From Lingula anatina (lineage: Eukaryota; Animalia; Brachiopoda), in NCBI GenBank assembly GCA_051362555.1, contig CM120644.1:19180534-19244533 (forward strand): a stretch of 64,000 nt of DNA, in the 5' to 3' direction. Shown here piece by piece: positions 11,396 to 22,940 of the stretch (positions are counted from its first letter, which is position 1; each line of letters starts with the position of its first letter). The position numbers and the translations under genes were made by a program. Below the pieces are notes generated by a model. The model was not told where the DNA came from. It did not search any database and saw only the letters and a program-made list of their open reading frames with translations.

Positions 11396-12196
11396 TCACA
11401 TATTATTTTAATCAATGAAATGTTTGTTATCAACTATTTACTATCAAATTGTCTTCATCACATCAAAGTAACGTTCCACATATAAATCTATATTACAGGA
11501 ACGTACAAAGAAACAAATTACGTCAGTGAAGTTAAAGTCATGCTTAATAAGATCATCCAGTGAACATGGCATATTTGTTCCCTTGATTACGAGAATGTAA
11601 CAACCAGCAACTCTATGGCATAGGTAATGAGATACACACAATAATATTTTTGCCATTGGCTGTGTTGTTTCCATAGCAACACAGTCTAACAGGATATTCT
11701 CATATACTTATACCACAGATATTTTATCAGTGATTGCGAAAGAGATTGAAAACTTACCAGACATGTGGGCTGGAGCAAATTAAAATTTGTCAGCCCACAC
11801 CTTTTTTTACCAGCCCACAATAAAATGTAATAAGACGCAATATACTACATAAAGCTTCAAGTTTAAACATCCTTTATTTCAAGTTTTTAATTATGCTCAA
11901 CAGGTAATACTAATGTAAGTAAAATGTGTAAAAAGTTCACACTTTGAAAATGTATAACTTCCAGAAAAAGAAGCCAATTAGACTGCTTTTCCAACTCAGG
12001 CTGCATTTTAGTCCTGTATTTCTATTTTGAAAGTTTGGCAATCATAAATAACATGGTTTTCCCATAATGGTCATCATGGCAGCAGCACCCAAAATTGTGT
12101 TTTCTTCTTTTTTAATGCAATATTACATAATGCTTAACATCTGTGTCTGTACATAATATTTAAATCAATCGTGCTGGAAAGGTTGCCAAAACGTCA

Positions 12197-15100
12197 TCAG
12201 GTGTCTCTTGCAAAACGATAGAGAAAATCAAGATTCTGTTGTTCAATGTCCATGTCATCTGCATCACTGTCAGTGTAATATCTTTCATAAAAGCCATTAA
12301 CTTTGTCTGCCACATTTTCCACGACACTTTCACTTCCAGAGTTAAGGTCTTCCATTGATTCTGCAATTTCTGCTCCCTCCAACTCAGCATTGTCACTCTT
12401 GCTACGACAGTATTTTATCTTCCTTCCTGAAGACTGAAAAGTAAAAAGGGAAAACTTCAAATGGGAGCACATATTCATAAAACTAAAAAGTTATGGTTAA
12501 TATTATCACTTTACACATATAATTGTCACCTTTAATCAATTATTAACAGGTCCAAAAATTACATACTAGCCAGCTCTCCAATACTGGTGTTGGGTTAAAT
12601 GCATCTACAGGTGATGATTCCAGTTTCACCATCATTAAACTGTCCATTGTGGATGACTTCAATCTACACCTTCTGTTGGTCTTTATTAATTTCATCTGAG
12701 AAAAAGTGGTTTCGCATCTCACTGAAGTAGGAGGCAGAGATTGCAAAAGCTCTATCAACAGGAGGCAGGAAAAGTCTTCTCCATATTCACACATAATTTG
12801 TGGCCAAGATGTACCAGAATGCAAACTGTCACCTTACCTGTGAAACAAGAAAAAAACATACACATTATTCCCCTAACACTTCATTATGAAATATCTCTGA
12901 TCACTATAAAAAATTAATAAATTAAAATAATCTTTAAGTTAACACTATAAACAGAAACCAAATTACCAATGAAATGCACATGGCTTGTCTTTTATCTATA
13001 GTAATAAGAATGTATTGCCAATATGTGGTAAAACATTTTTGATAGCAACTACATTATGGAATCTTAATTTTAAATATTCCTTGAAACAAACCATTAAGAT
13101 TGCTTTGTGTCATGATAGCACAGCCAAAACAAACAAATAAAAAAAAACGTAGAGCAATATACCTTTTGTACAGTACCCGCTTCAGAACCTGCCACTCCTG
13201 CAAGACTACTTTCTCATCCACATCCATACCAGCTCCTACAAGGGCATTGGGGAAATGTCTGAGCAGAGTTTGGACTTCTTCAGTGCCAAATTCTGAAAAC
13301 AGCAAAATAATAATAATAAATAAATATAAATAAAATGATGCTCTCCGAAAAACTGCAGGATTACTACAGTCAGAATTGGAAAACAAAAATGTTTCACTCA
13401 GCTAAATTATTTGTTTATATATTCTTACTATCTTAAATAACTTAAGACAAAACCTAGTGATTGAAAAGGATTTAATAATTTGCCAAACGTGGACCTGTGC
13501 ATATCTGTACAAATTAAATCTTGTTCTACAAATGTTGTAAATAAAATGCAAGCTTCAAATCTTGTACATAAAATTTAAGTGAAGTAATATAACCGGCACA
13601 AGAACATACCTTCAATCTCTTTGATGTTTCCATTTGGAGGCCATCTTCTGAGCTTACATATAGCAGTTGCTTTAACAACATTCATTTCAGAATCATTAAA
13701 GCCAAACCGGCTAATCAATGGATCTAATAAATCCTGGAAAAATTATATACGGAATTTGACTTGACTAAAAAAATCTTAACATACTGCAGAGTATTAAATT
13801 TTGTAAAGGTCAATGTTTTGGGTTAAGTTACTTTCCCCATATTGTGTTATGAGCCATAAGTGTTTACTTTTAAAATATATCACTATGAAAGCTGCCAGTG
13901 ACATACCTGTAACACCAACATAAATAAGACAATCTCTTTCTGCAGCAATATCTTGACAAGTCCTTCAGCCTTTGCATTCTCATGGCTGGCATTGCTCAGG
14001 TGAAGTTCATAAGCTGGAAAGTTGTGCAGAATATTATCCACCCCCCTGCTAACATGACAGATCCACCTCGTCCCTGTTACTTTGGGAGGCAGTGTGCCCT
14101 GGAATGGTAACTTCCCTTGAGTAAATATGCAAAATTAAATAAAAATAAAAATAAATTAAAAAAAAAAACTGCTGACCAATTAAAAATAATCCAGAAAAAT
14201 TGAAAGAAGAAAATTATTATTACAAGTGTAGAAATTTCTGGAAATGATGAAAAGGTACATGCAATAGTGTAAAATATCCACAAATACCTGGATCTTCAAA
14301 GTATCCCATGCTCTCTGCAGGCCCTTCTTGTTCTTGTGGGATTTCTTGTAGAAGTAATGAAGTCCTATCATCACTGTCATCACTCTATCGTAGAGCTTTT
14401 TACAATGAACTTTTGTCACATCCTTCATGGCCAACTCCAACCTGTGGCACAGGCAGTGCACTGTCACAAGCTCTGGGTTATCACTCTGAAGACGAGATGC
14501 CAAACCAGACTTACTGCCTAACATGTTACTGGCCCCGTCACATCCCATTCCTACCATTTTACCTAGATAATGATTAATAACAGAAAATTAATATCATCCA
14601 AGAATCTGTACACTGCAGAATCTTGAGCGTATACATGTACGGTAATGTGCCATGAATTTCGAACAGTAGAAAATAATTAAATTTGGGAAAAGATCGTTCT
14701 GGCCGAAATTCATGAAATGGAGGTGCTCAGAACTTCCGAAAGTTCGAATTTCATGGAATTCTGCCAATTTTGACCGGAAGTTGTCTGTTCGTCGCTAGGC
14801 CTTCTGTTATCTTCTCCCGACGATCTATTTAGAGTTACCATAATGTATGATGTGTGAGTGTCGGTAATTGCGACCAAAGGTATACACGTACTTTCACCCG
14901 ATCACTGTGTATGGCCCATAGATAGAGCGGTACTGTTGTCTAGGGCCGCAAAACAGCATTGTTATCAGTAGTGTCGTTTTTCAAAAGCGATTCTGGCAGC
15001 CAGAAACTAGTGTCGTTTTTCAAAAACGATCCTGGCGCTCAGAACGGGAGTGGACGGAGGGAGAGACGGCCGACGATTAGCGTCTGCCACGGCCAGATAA

Positions 15101-18100
15101 CCTTTACTATGGAAGCTTAGTGTTACCGTTGCTCCTTTCCGTGCACTGAAACCGAGGCGACAGCCGATCAGTGTCTATGGCGCACGTGCAGATAGCCTTC
15201 ATCTGCGATAAGTGTCTTCCGCGACCAGGTTCGTTGCCTTTACCGTTAAAGTCGGGCGGAGCTTTATGTGCGAATGCGTCCTCATCTCGCCGTTCGCGGG
15301 TCGGTGTCTCCGACGCATACGTAGCCTTCCCTGCAGAAGCCGGCCTCGGCACTACGGCCTCTCCTCCGTGCGGGGAGGCCACTAAGACCGCCGATCGGTA
15401 TGTGCGGCGCACAGGTAGCCTTCGCCACGGCAGCCGAACTGTGTATTACGGTCGCTCTCCGTCGTGCGCTGCGACCAAGATGACCGCTGATTGTTGTCTG
15501 CGATCAAATATATACTAGGTTTGGGGGGGGGGTGCAGGGCCGTTTTTTTTTTTTTTTTTTCGCTCAGGCAACCCAATCTTAACCAGCAGCAGCAACTGAT
15601 TTCCTGGCGCATAGTTGCGTCAATGTACGCATTTGAAAAGCGTGTACGTTTTGTCATTGAAACCATCTTCAAACAAAAGCGAGAGATAGGTAATCTAGAG
15701 TAAACCGAAAAGGCAGTTTTTATATTCGTTCAAGGGACTGAAAGATCGTCAATGGGAGATAGTGAGCGATCTGAGCGCGACAATAAGCCAATTTCCACAC
15801 TAGTTCAAGGGACTTCGTTACTATATTCGTCAGCAAGAGATCGTCAGCCATCCGAGCAAGCATAGAAGCTTGGACTTTTTGTCCATGCTAGAAAGCAATT
15901 TTCATGTAGTCAGCAGGATATGGTTTGCTGGTTTGCGACAGGGGCGTAACCAGGCATACGCACGGATACACTGTGCGTATATAATTTTTTGGTGAACCAT
16001 GATATTATTCTCTATAAATCTAGTGTTCTTTTCAAGGAATATTATCGAAATTCCCCTTCGATTATAAGTTAACGTCACCTGAATGTACAAATTCTCTGTA
16101 TAATTTATATATGCACCATTGTTCTGACACCCTTCTCGTTTGCTTTCACAGAACTGAGGTTAACAATACTAGTTACCATCTGAAGTCCGATCTTAATCGT
16201 CCATCTAGCTGGAACTTGCTTTACCTCTTAATTAGAGGGTAAAGTGCCCTTCAGCTCACAGGTAGCATTTGTCTTGAGTGTATCGAACGCGATATTTATC
16301 TCAGATAAAAATCTACCTGTGTGTTATTATCAAAGAGCTGCTCCAGCAGACCTGGAGGCACTAGATAAATCTGATCATCGGGTTAAATAAGGAGTCAGAG
16401 AAACAAAGGAAGATTGATTTTTCCTGCAAAGTTTCAAAGAATTTTGACACGGACTTGATCCAGCTTAACCCTCCAAACTAACGGGGTGGCATGGGCAATT
16501 TTTACAAAATTTACAAACAATTAAACTTAGATATATTACAATTTTATCCTTTAATATAATTTTGGGAGGCATGCACCCGCATGTAAGCTGGGTGATGTCA
16601 GTAAGCCCCTAGTTAAATAAATATACCCTTATGAGCAAGGCTTTTCCCAGCGAACCGTCCAGCCGTCATTTGGACGGCCGCTGACATCACCGGACGACCT
16701 ATATTTTCAAAGACGGCTAGACGGCTTGCGACTTTTTTTTAATGACGTCTTGGCTTGTCGGGACAGCCGTGGACGTTGTAAGAAATTTTCTTAGAGTTAT
16801 TTGACGTACCTTGCTTTTATGATGCGTCACAGATGAATGGTACTACTTTGTAGTGTACGCTGATATTCAGTCACGACGAAACTACTTCCTAAAGCTTACA
16901 AAACACAATAAAATGTTTCTATGAACTTTAAGATACACATTCCACGCCGTATGCAGCAGTGACAAGAGTGACCTTCATGCGGTACAAAACACTAAGCAAA
17001 CTACAGGCCAATTTGTGAAAGGGGACACCTTCCAGACCTTCATACGCACGGCAACTGACAAAGCTGATTGACAAAAAGGAAAATTTCAAATTTTCAGTGA
17101 GAGATCGTTCGCAATCCGAGAGAGACCAGGAGGCAATTTTCATATTTGTTAAAGAGACTTCGTAAGCCAAAGGGCAAGACGAGAACGCAATTTTCATATT
17201 TGTTAAAGAGACTTCGTAAGCCAAAGGGCAAGACGAGAACGCAATTTTCGTATCGTCAGCGTCGCAATCCGAGTGAAACGAGAAAGCTCATACTCGTTCA
17301 GTGGCTTGTGTTTGCGGAAGATCGTCAGCCGGAGATCGTTCTCGATTGTTTTAAACCCTCCATCCCTCCCCTTTGGAATTTATAATTTTTAAAAATATTT
17401 TTCATTTCATTTGTACATTTCAAGGGACTTCATTAGCGGAAGATCGTCAGCGGGAGATCTTGAACGATCTGAGCGAGACAAGAAAGCAATAATGGTAATC
17501 TTTATTGCAGCTCTTAATATTGCTCTTTTGTTCTGTTACTGAAGTCTCTACTGTTAACAATGCTATTGTGCGCCTCAGCAAAACTACCGATCGCTATCTC
17601 ACACCGAATACTGCGGTAAAGAAACAACAGCCCGACAGTACAACTCTTTAATAGATTCTCCTGTTATCTGAATGAATGGATATGACGATGTTGTTTAGCG
17701 TCCTAAACTAACTGTACCGATCGTTATCTTGCACCTTGGGCCGCACACGTAGTACTCAGGTAAAGGTACGCTGGGGCAACATTGCCGACTGTTAGATCTT
17801 TATAAGCGCGAGAATAGCCCGGTGGCCGATTTTAAGGTGTACGAAATTCACGAAATCAAGATCGCGCAAAATTGCTTACTGGCCGAAATTCATGGTCCAG
17901 AAAAAACTCCAGACGGCCGATTTTAAGATCGTTCGAAATTCAAGAGCCGTTCGAAATTCATGGCACTTTACCGTATGTGACACCTAGACAAAAAAATAAT
18001 ACCGCAGCACCTAGATATTAAAAATTATTTACAAATGTTGAAAACATGAATTCGAACTAGGTATTCATTTCACTCAGAGTATTTTTGTTCACTTTATTTA

Positions 18101-19280
18101 GATTCTCAGTGTTACTATCATAAACATATTAAATTAATTTTAATATTTACCTTTGAATATTTCACTGTCAATCTGACTATTTATGAAAACATGATTTACA
18201 TGGTCATACAGATCTGCAGCGCATGTGCTCTTTGGTGAATCTATGGACAGAAACTTCATACTGGGAACTCCATTTTTGGAAAACCTTATATATATTGTCT
18301 CTTGTTCATCTCCTGAATGAAAAATTAAAACTCCAGTTACATTTGAGTGAACTTATAAAGACGAAGTTTATAATATATACTATTTCACAGAAATAAAAAA
18401 TTCATGCAAAACATCTAATGATAAGGTATCCAGGATATTCAGACATGGATTTACCTGTCAAATCACTACTGCCATCCATAATGAAACTGAAAAAAGGAGC
18501 CTCTTTCACACTCTGGACAATTCTGCTTTTCTCCTGAGCAGCAATGGCCTCGATGAACCCGAGAGCGGCCCTGTTGTTCTTGTATGTGTTTGCAGTGTCC
18601 AGGCCTTTGGCTCTATCCAAGACGACAAGTGAAGTAAAATCCGTCAGCGGACGATTCATTTTAGCAATATAATGGGCGTTCCGGACCTTGAAGCAGTAAA
18701 TAAGGAAAAAAATGAAAAAATAAAAAAGTGAAACGTCAAGTTTAAATGTAAAGTTCTATGAAATAAATTGAGAACTTTCACTGACTTAACCACTAAACTA
18801 CTTCACAAGACACTATTAATCTCTTCAAACATTATTTGTCTCCCTTACCATGCTTTCTAAACGACTTCGTTCTGCCGACTTCAGGGCTAGGAGAGCCTTG
18901 CCTGCCTTACTTCCTGCGACTGCCGCGGAACTCGCAGGCTCTCTGTTTGACAGTGTAGCAAGCGCTGAAATATGTGACTTGCTGACTTCGTGGTCCTTGA
19001 GGGCACTCGTTTTAAAGTTTTTGCACCCAGATATAAATGAGTTTTGCAATGTTCCCGCGCCATAAAACTTTGCACATTTAGTGCATGTCATGGCGTCCTC
19101 GTCATCATCATAACACACCCAAGGATGCAGTAATTTCCATTTTGGGTTAAAATTCCGTTTCCGTGTTTTATCGTACTCTTGAAAAAAAGATTTTCTGCTA
19201 ATGTTAGTGGTATTTGGGCTTCTTTTTTCACTATTTTTCTCTACAATACCGAGCCACGAGGTGATCTTCGACGTGGACAT
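12197..19280 (-). CDS. Spliced hAT transposase (TTF zinc finger, DUF4371-like core, hATC dimerisation domain), about 9 exons, possibly defective
   Basis: GT-AG exons 19280-18849, 18686-18455, 18312-18151, 14562-14288, 14098-13907, ~13733-13609, ~13292-13162, ~12825-12568 and ~12434-12197. Motifs W...W...C..C...H...H, IMDGSSD, GCDGASNM, HCLCHRLEL, TRW and PPTSVRCETTFSQMKLIKT. Confidence 0.85.
14640..17973. mobile_element. Non-autonomous TA-TSD DNA transposon (Tc1/mariner-type) nested in hAT intron 3
   Basis: TA|CGGTAATGTGCCATGAATTTCGAAC ... GTTCGAAATTCATGGCACTTTACCG|TA (24/25); repeated subterminal CGAAATTCA motifs at both ends; no transposase ORF. Confidence 0.88.
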
Positions 19281-19687
19281 GGCGCCGGCGAAGGTACTTG
19301 CGGTCACATGACCACATGGTTTCATACTCTCCAAGCAGCATTCGCTTTATTAACAACAGCGAGGATCTTCTGCCTGGAGAGAGAGTAACTTTCGTTTGCC
19401 GCGTGATCGATAAAGAAATGTCAATTACTGGTGTACTTCCCAATCAGATAAAAACCACACCCACTAAATCTTATGGACAGGCTGGCATGTATTTGATACA
19501 AAATATCTAGTGCGTGCACAGAGCTTAACGATAAATCCAGATGAGGCGAGTTGAAGAGGCGAGTTTTCCCTGTTAAGAAATAGACTTTAGTCCGTCGGAC
19601 ATGTGGGCCGATGAGTTTTAAGGATGTACCAGACCACAGAATTTTTGCCGGCATATGGCCGTGGTCCGACGTCTTTCGCAATCACTG

Positions 19688-20402
19688 GAAGTTGAATAGG
19701 AAGTCATATACTGGCAATCTAAATGTGACCTTGAAATTGACCTTTGACCTACTTTTTATCATGAATTGAACTTTGCAAATTTTGGTTCCCTTTTATCTCC
19801 AAAACTGGCAGAGATAGGTCCATAGTTACTATTGAACTTGAATAGGAAGTCATATACTGGCAATCTAAATGTGACCTTGAAATTGACCTTTGACCTACTT
19901 TTTATCATGAATTGAACTTTGCAAATTTTGGTTCCCTTTTATTTCCAAAACTAGCGAGATAGGTCCATAGTTACTATTGAACTTGAATAGGAAGTCATAT
20001 ACTGGCAATCTAAGTGTGACCTTGAAATTGACCTTTGACCTACTTATAATCATGAACTGAACTCTGCTAATTTCTTTCTCTTTTAACTCCAAACCTGGCA
20101 GAGATAGGTCCATAGTTACTATTGAAGTTGAATAGGAAGTCATATACTGGAAATTTACTGTGACCTTGAAATTGACCTTTGACCTACCTTACAATGAACT
20201 TAACTTTGATTGTGCCATTTTAAGTTATATATATTTTTTGCGTATTTTGAAAATTCTTGTTGATTGCATTTTTACAGCTTGGCAAGCATAAGAATGGTGG
20301 CTGTGTCCATTATTTTGCGTATGTGGGGGTCTATATGAATGCGCTTGCTCCAGCTGGTGGTACAATATTCGGAGGCGGTATCGCCTCTCTGATCCTCTAG
20401 TT
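19688..20402 (+). mobile_element. 5'-truncated second copy of the HINE (146-bp repeats plus 3' terminus)
   Basis: About 3.5 monomers of the same 146-bp unit. The 3' subTIR at 20353-20363, hairpin and CTAG end are nearly identical to 4801-4860. It begins exactly at the hAT TIR. Confidence 0.9.
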
Positions 20403-21764
20403 TTAAAAAATATCCAGTTCTTCTAGAGGTCAATGTCCACCCTTCCTCAGACACGCTGCCGCAGAACACACATGCCCATTTCAATTCACTTGACCATCCC
20501 GCTTAGCACCTTGTTGATTTCTCTGTCAGCCGTACCTCATCCCCAAGCTCAGGTGGCACTGACGCTTTGTTGCAACTGGCTGCAGTGCCAAATACTGTAT
20601 CCAGTACAAAAACAAACCAGACATCTTCATGACCAAGACTAGTGGTTGACTGGACTGTTTTATTTTTTCCAGCACCTTTCTGTATGACATGGTGGCTTCT
20701 AGGCAGCAGCTGGCTACATGGACATGGCTTTTAATAATAAGGAATTAGACAGTTAAAACCAGCAAGAACATCCTTATAGCCTTCATCTCATCCACATATG
20801 TAACACATGGGATGTGGCAAGTTTTAGGACAAGTGAGATTTACACAGAGACAAGAAGGTGATATGGTAAGCAGTATTATTATAGTATTATTACAGTAATG
20901 TAACAAACAATAGGTGAGGAACCATGTTCTAAAATGATATTTTGCTAGACTGCAATGTTTGAAGCAAATGCTTATCTCCCACAACTGTCATCTTTTTTTT
21001 CATTTTGACAGTATCATTATATATACATAACATATATAAATGTATACATATATAAATAAATTTAAAGCATTTTCAAGCTGTTGTATTGATTATGGATTCT
21101 TCGTGCTGCGATTCTTTGTCAATTGTTATGCTTTCAGTGGTATCACTTAAGAGAGATTGATTGTTACATTTGGGTTTTTTCCTTATCTTCTTAGATAATA
21201 TGGAAAATAAATATTGTCATGTTATGAGATAATCCTGCTGCATCAAAAATAAATCGGGGTGAATTTGCCAATTTCATGGTGTAAAAACAGCATTCTTGGG
21301 TTGAAAACTGTAATATTAAATTCAGATATATCTCCCTCATCTGATCAGCTAACAGCACTGTTTTAACACCCATTTGATCATAACAACAAATACTGCAAAC
21401 TGATGCCGGAAAAAGTTCTGGAAAGTTTTACTTCGGATTTTATCACAAAAGATGCAAAATAATGTCTTTGTTTAAATAAATTATTTAAATGATTAATGAA
21501 GCATTATGATTAAGGGTTCATATCTCCTATCACTTAGTTACAGAGCTATGTTCATTTTTTTTCCCACAGTGTCCACTGGGAACTAAATGCGCATTTCATC
21601 ATTTAGCTTTAAGTGGCCCTATTAATGTCATTTATTATTTAAGCCCCAGCCTGCAGGTATCCTAGGTTGGAACATCTCTCTGGCCCATCTCCTAGGAGTA
21701 TTTTTGTTGTATTTTTGTGTAAGATATGATATATACGTAGTATTTGTATGTTGTAATTTCACAG

Positions 21765-22724
21765 GAGTTTGGCCTACTTCAAGGAGGTCCATGCCCAACA
21801 TTCCTTGATTGTCTTCTAAGCAGAGGAGGAAATTACATGTGGAGAATTATTAAGATATTCAAGAGAGGCTACAGGTAATAATAAGATAGTTTTTCATTTT
21901 AAATTGACAAAAAACTTGTTTTGATATTATGAATTTAAATCTTTTGTTTCAAATTGTCGGTAAATAATTGAATGAAAATGTTTCTGTAGAACACAAACAG
22001 TGTAAGTTGCCCTCTAAGGACCCATTCCCAATGAAACTACCATTCTACATATATAGATCCAACTCCATGGGGACTCACTGAATGCAATCAGGTAACATGC
22101 CTCCTCCTGGCATTGAGTAAAATATATAAAAAAGCTGGTGATTATACAAGTTTGGAAACGAGAAGGTGTTTTAATATGATTGCATTCAGCCAGAGTCCCT
22201 GTGGAGTTGGATCAAGCTACACAGATTGATAGTTCCATTGGGAATGTGCCCTAAATCATAAAAGTGGGCAAGTGTACTTTAAGTTTGCATTTGTTTTTGG
22301 AAAAGTTACCAACTGCTGCTTTATTGTAGGAATTTTTTGTAGAGGTTTGACTATTGACGTTAATAGTTACTTATTTTGAGAACAAATTGTTAAGGTATTA
22401 CTGTACATTCATTATTATGCTAACAAGTATTCTAATGGGGCACTACGCTATTTCCTTTTCAGCTGGCAGAAGAAAAGGATTAGAGTTATCAAATATTTTG
22501 GCCTTCATCACTGGACAGATGGACATGCAGCTTCTAGGATTTTAGCGCCAACCAATAAACACATTCTTGTTTGCTATGGCCTCCTTTTTACATGCCCTCA
22601 AAAACCGCTAATATTGTGTGCACATGCATTGAACTTACGATTGCCCTTGCTAGGAGGCAAGACACTAACACAAGAACAATTATTTGATTTGTGGGACTTA
22701 GCTTTGCTGTCATCACACATATTT
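21765..22724 (+). pseudogene. Decayed G2E3-like HECT E3 ligase exons
   Basis: Exon 21765-21874 reads LLQGGPCPTFL. The exon from 22463 reads LSNILAFITG...LLGF*, then after frameshifts TAN.CAHALNLRLP...LFDLWDLAL, resembling a HECT C-lobe with catalytic Cys. Contains stops and frameshifts. Confidence 0.65.
22018..22251. mobile_element. PIF/Harbinger-type MITE
   Basis: TAA|GGACCCATTCCCAATG ... CATTGGGAATGTGCCC|TAA with long imperfect arms. A related partial copy ends at ~24730. Confidence 0.8.
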
Positions 22725-22726
22725 AG

Positions 22727-22940
22727 GACCCCATTCCAAGAGATTAGATCGATCCAACTAGATCGACCTAACTCCCTGGGGGTTCACGCTAAATAGCTGT
22801 CAGCCGAGCGGGCACGGAAGTTAATTACCCCCTTACAGCTTGTAGTAGGCGGGACGGACATTTAAGCTGGATTATCTGACAGTAATCTATTGAGACCCAC
22901 CATGGGGATAGATCGATCTAAAATCTATGGAAATGCGCCC
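22727..22940. mobile_element. PIF/Harbinger-type MITE, family 2 copy A
   Basis: Near-identical to 25814-26017; imperfect TIRs GACCCCATTCC..AGATCGATC; flanks TAG/TAC. Inserted at the end of the HECT reading frame. Confidence 0.8.

Larger units (their letters stand above)
9155..11727 (-). mobile_element. Polinton/Maverick (adintovirus-like) fragment
   Basis: Compact, intronless, co-oriented ORFs: BIR protein, Polinton-type rve integrase with chromodomain, and minor capsid N-terminus. Confidence 0.85.
11728..19687 (-). mobile_element. hAT transposon (ZNF862-like transposase), both TIRs present, no TSD
   Basis: Perfect 16-bp TIRs CAGTGATTGCGAAAGA (11728-11743) and TCTTTCGCAATCACTG (19672-19687); subterminal GCCCAC/GACCAC motifs. 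The 8-bp flanks differ (TATTTTAT vs GAAGTTGA). Confidence 0.92.

Noticed and set aside
11444-11674. 76-aa ORF upstream of BIR as a further Polinton gene
   Set aside because: Orientation is plausible, but there is no recognisable motif and it is too short to support.
16646-17775. Possible nested element with CCCAGCG.ACC termini
   Set aside because: There is no TSD, and the right-hand match is part of the outer element's long imperfect inverted arm.
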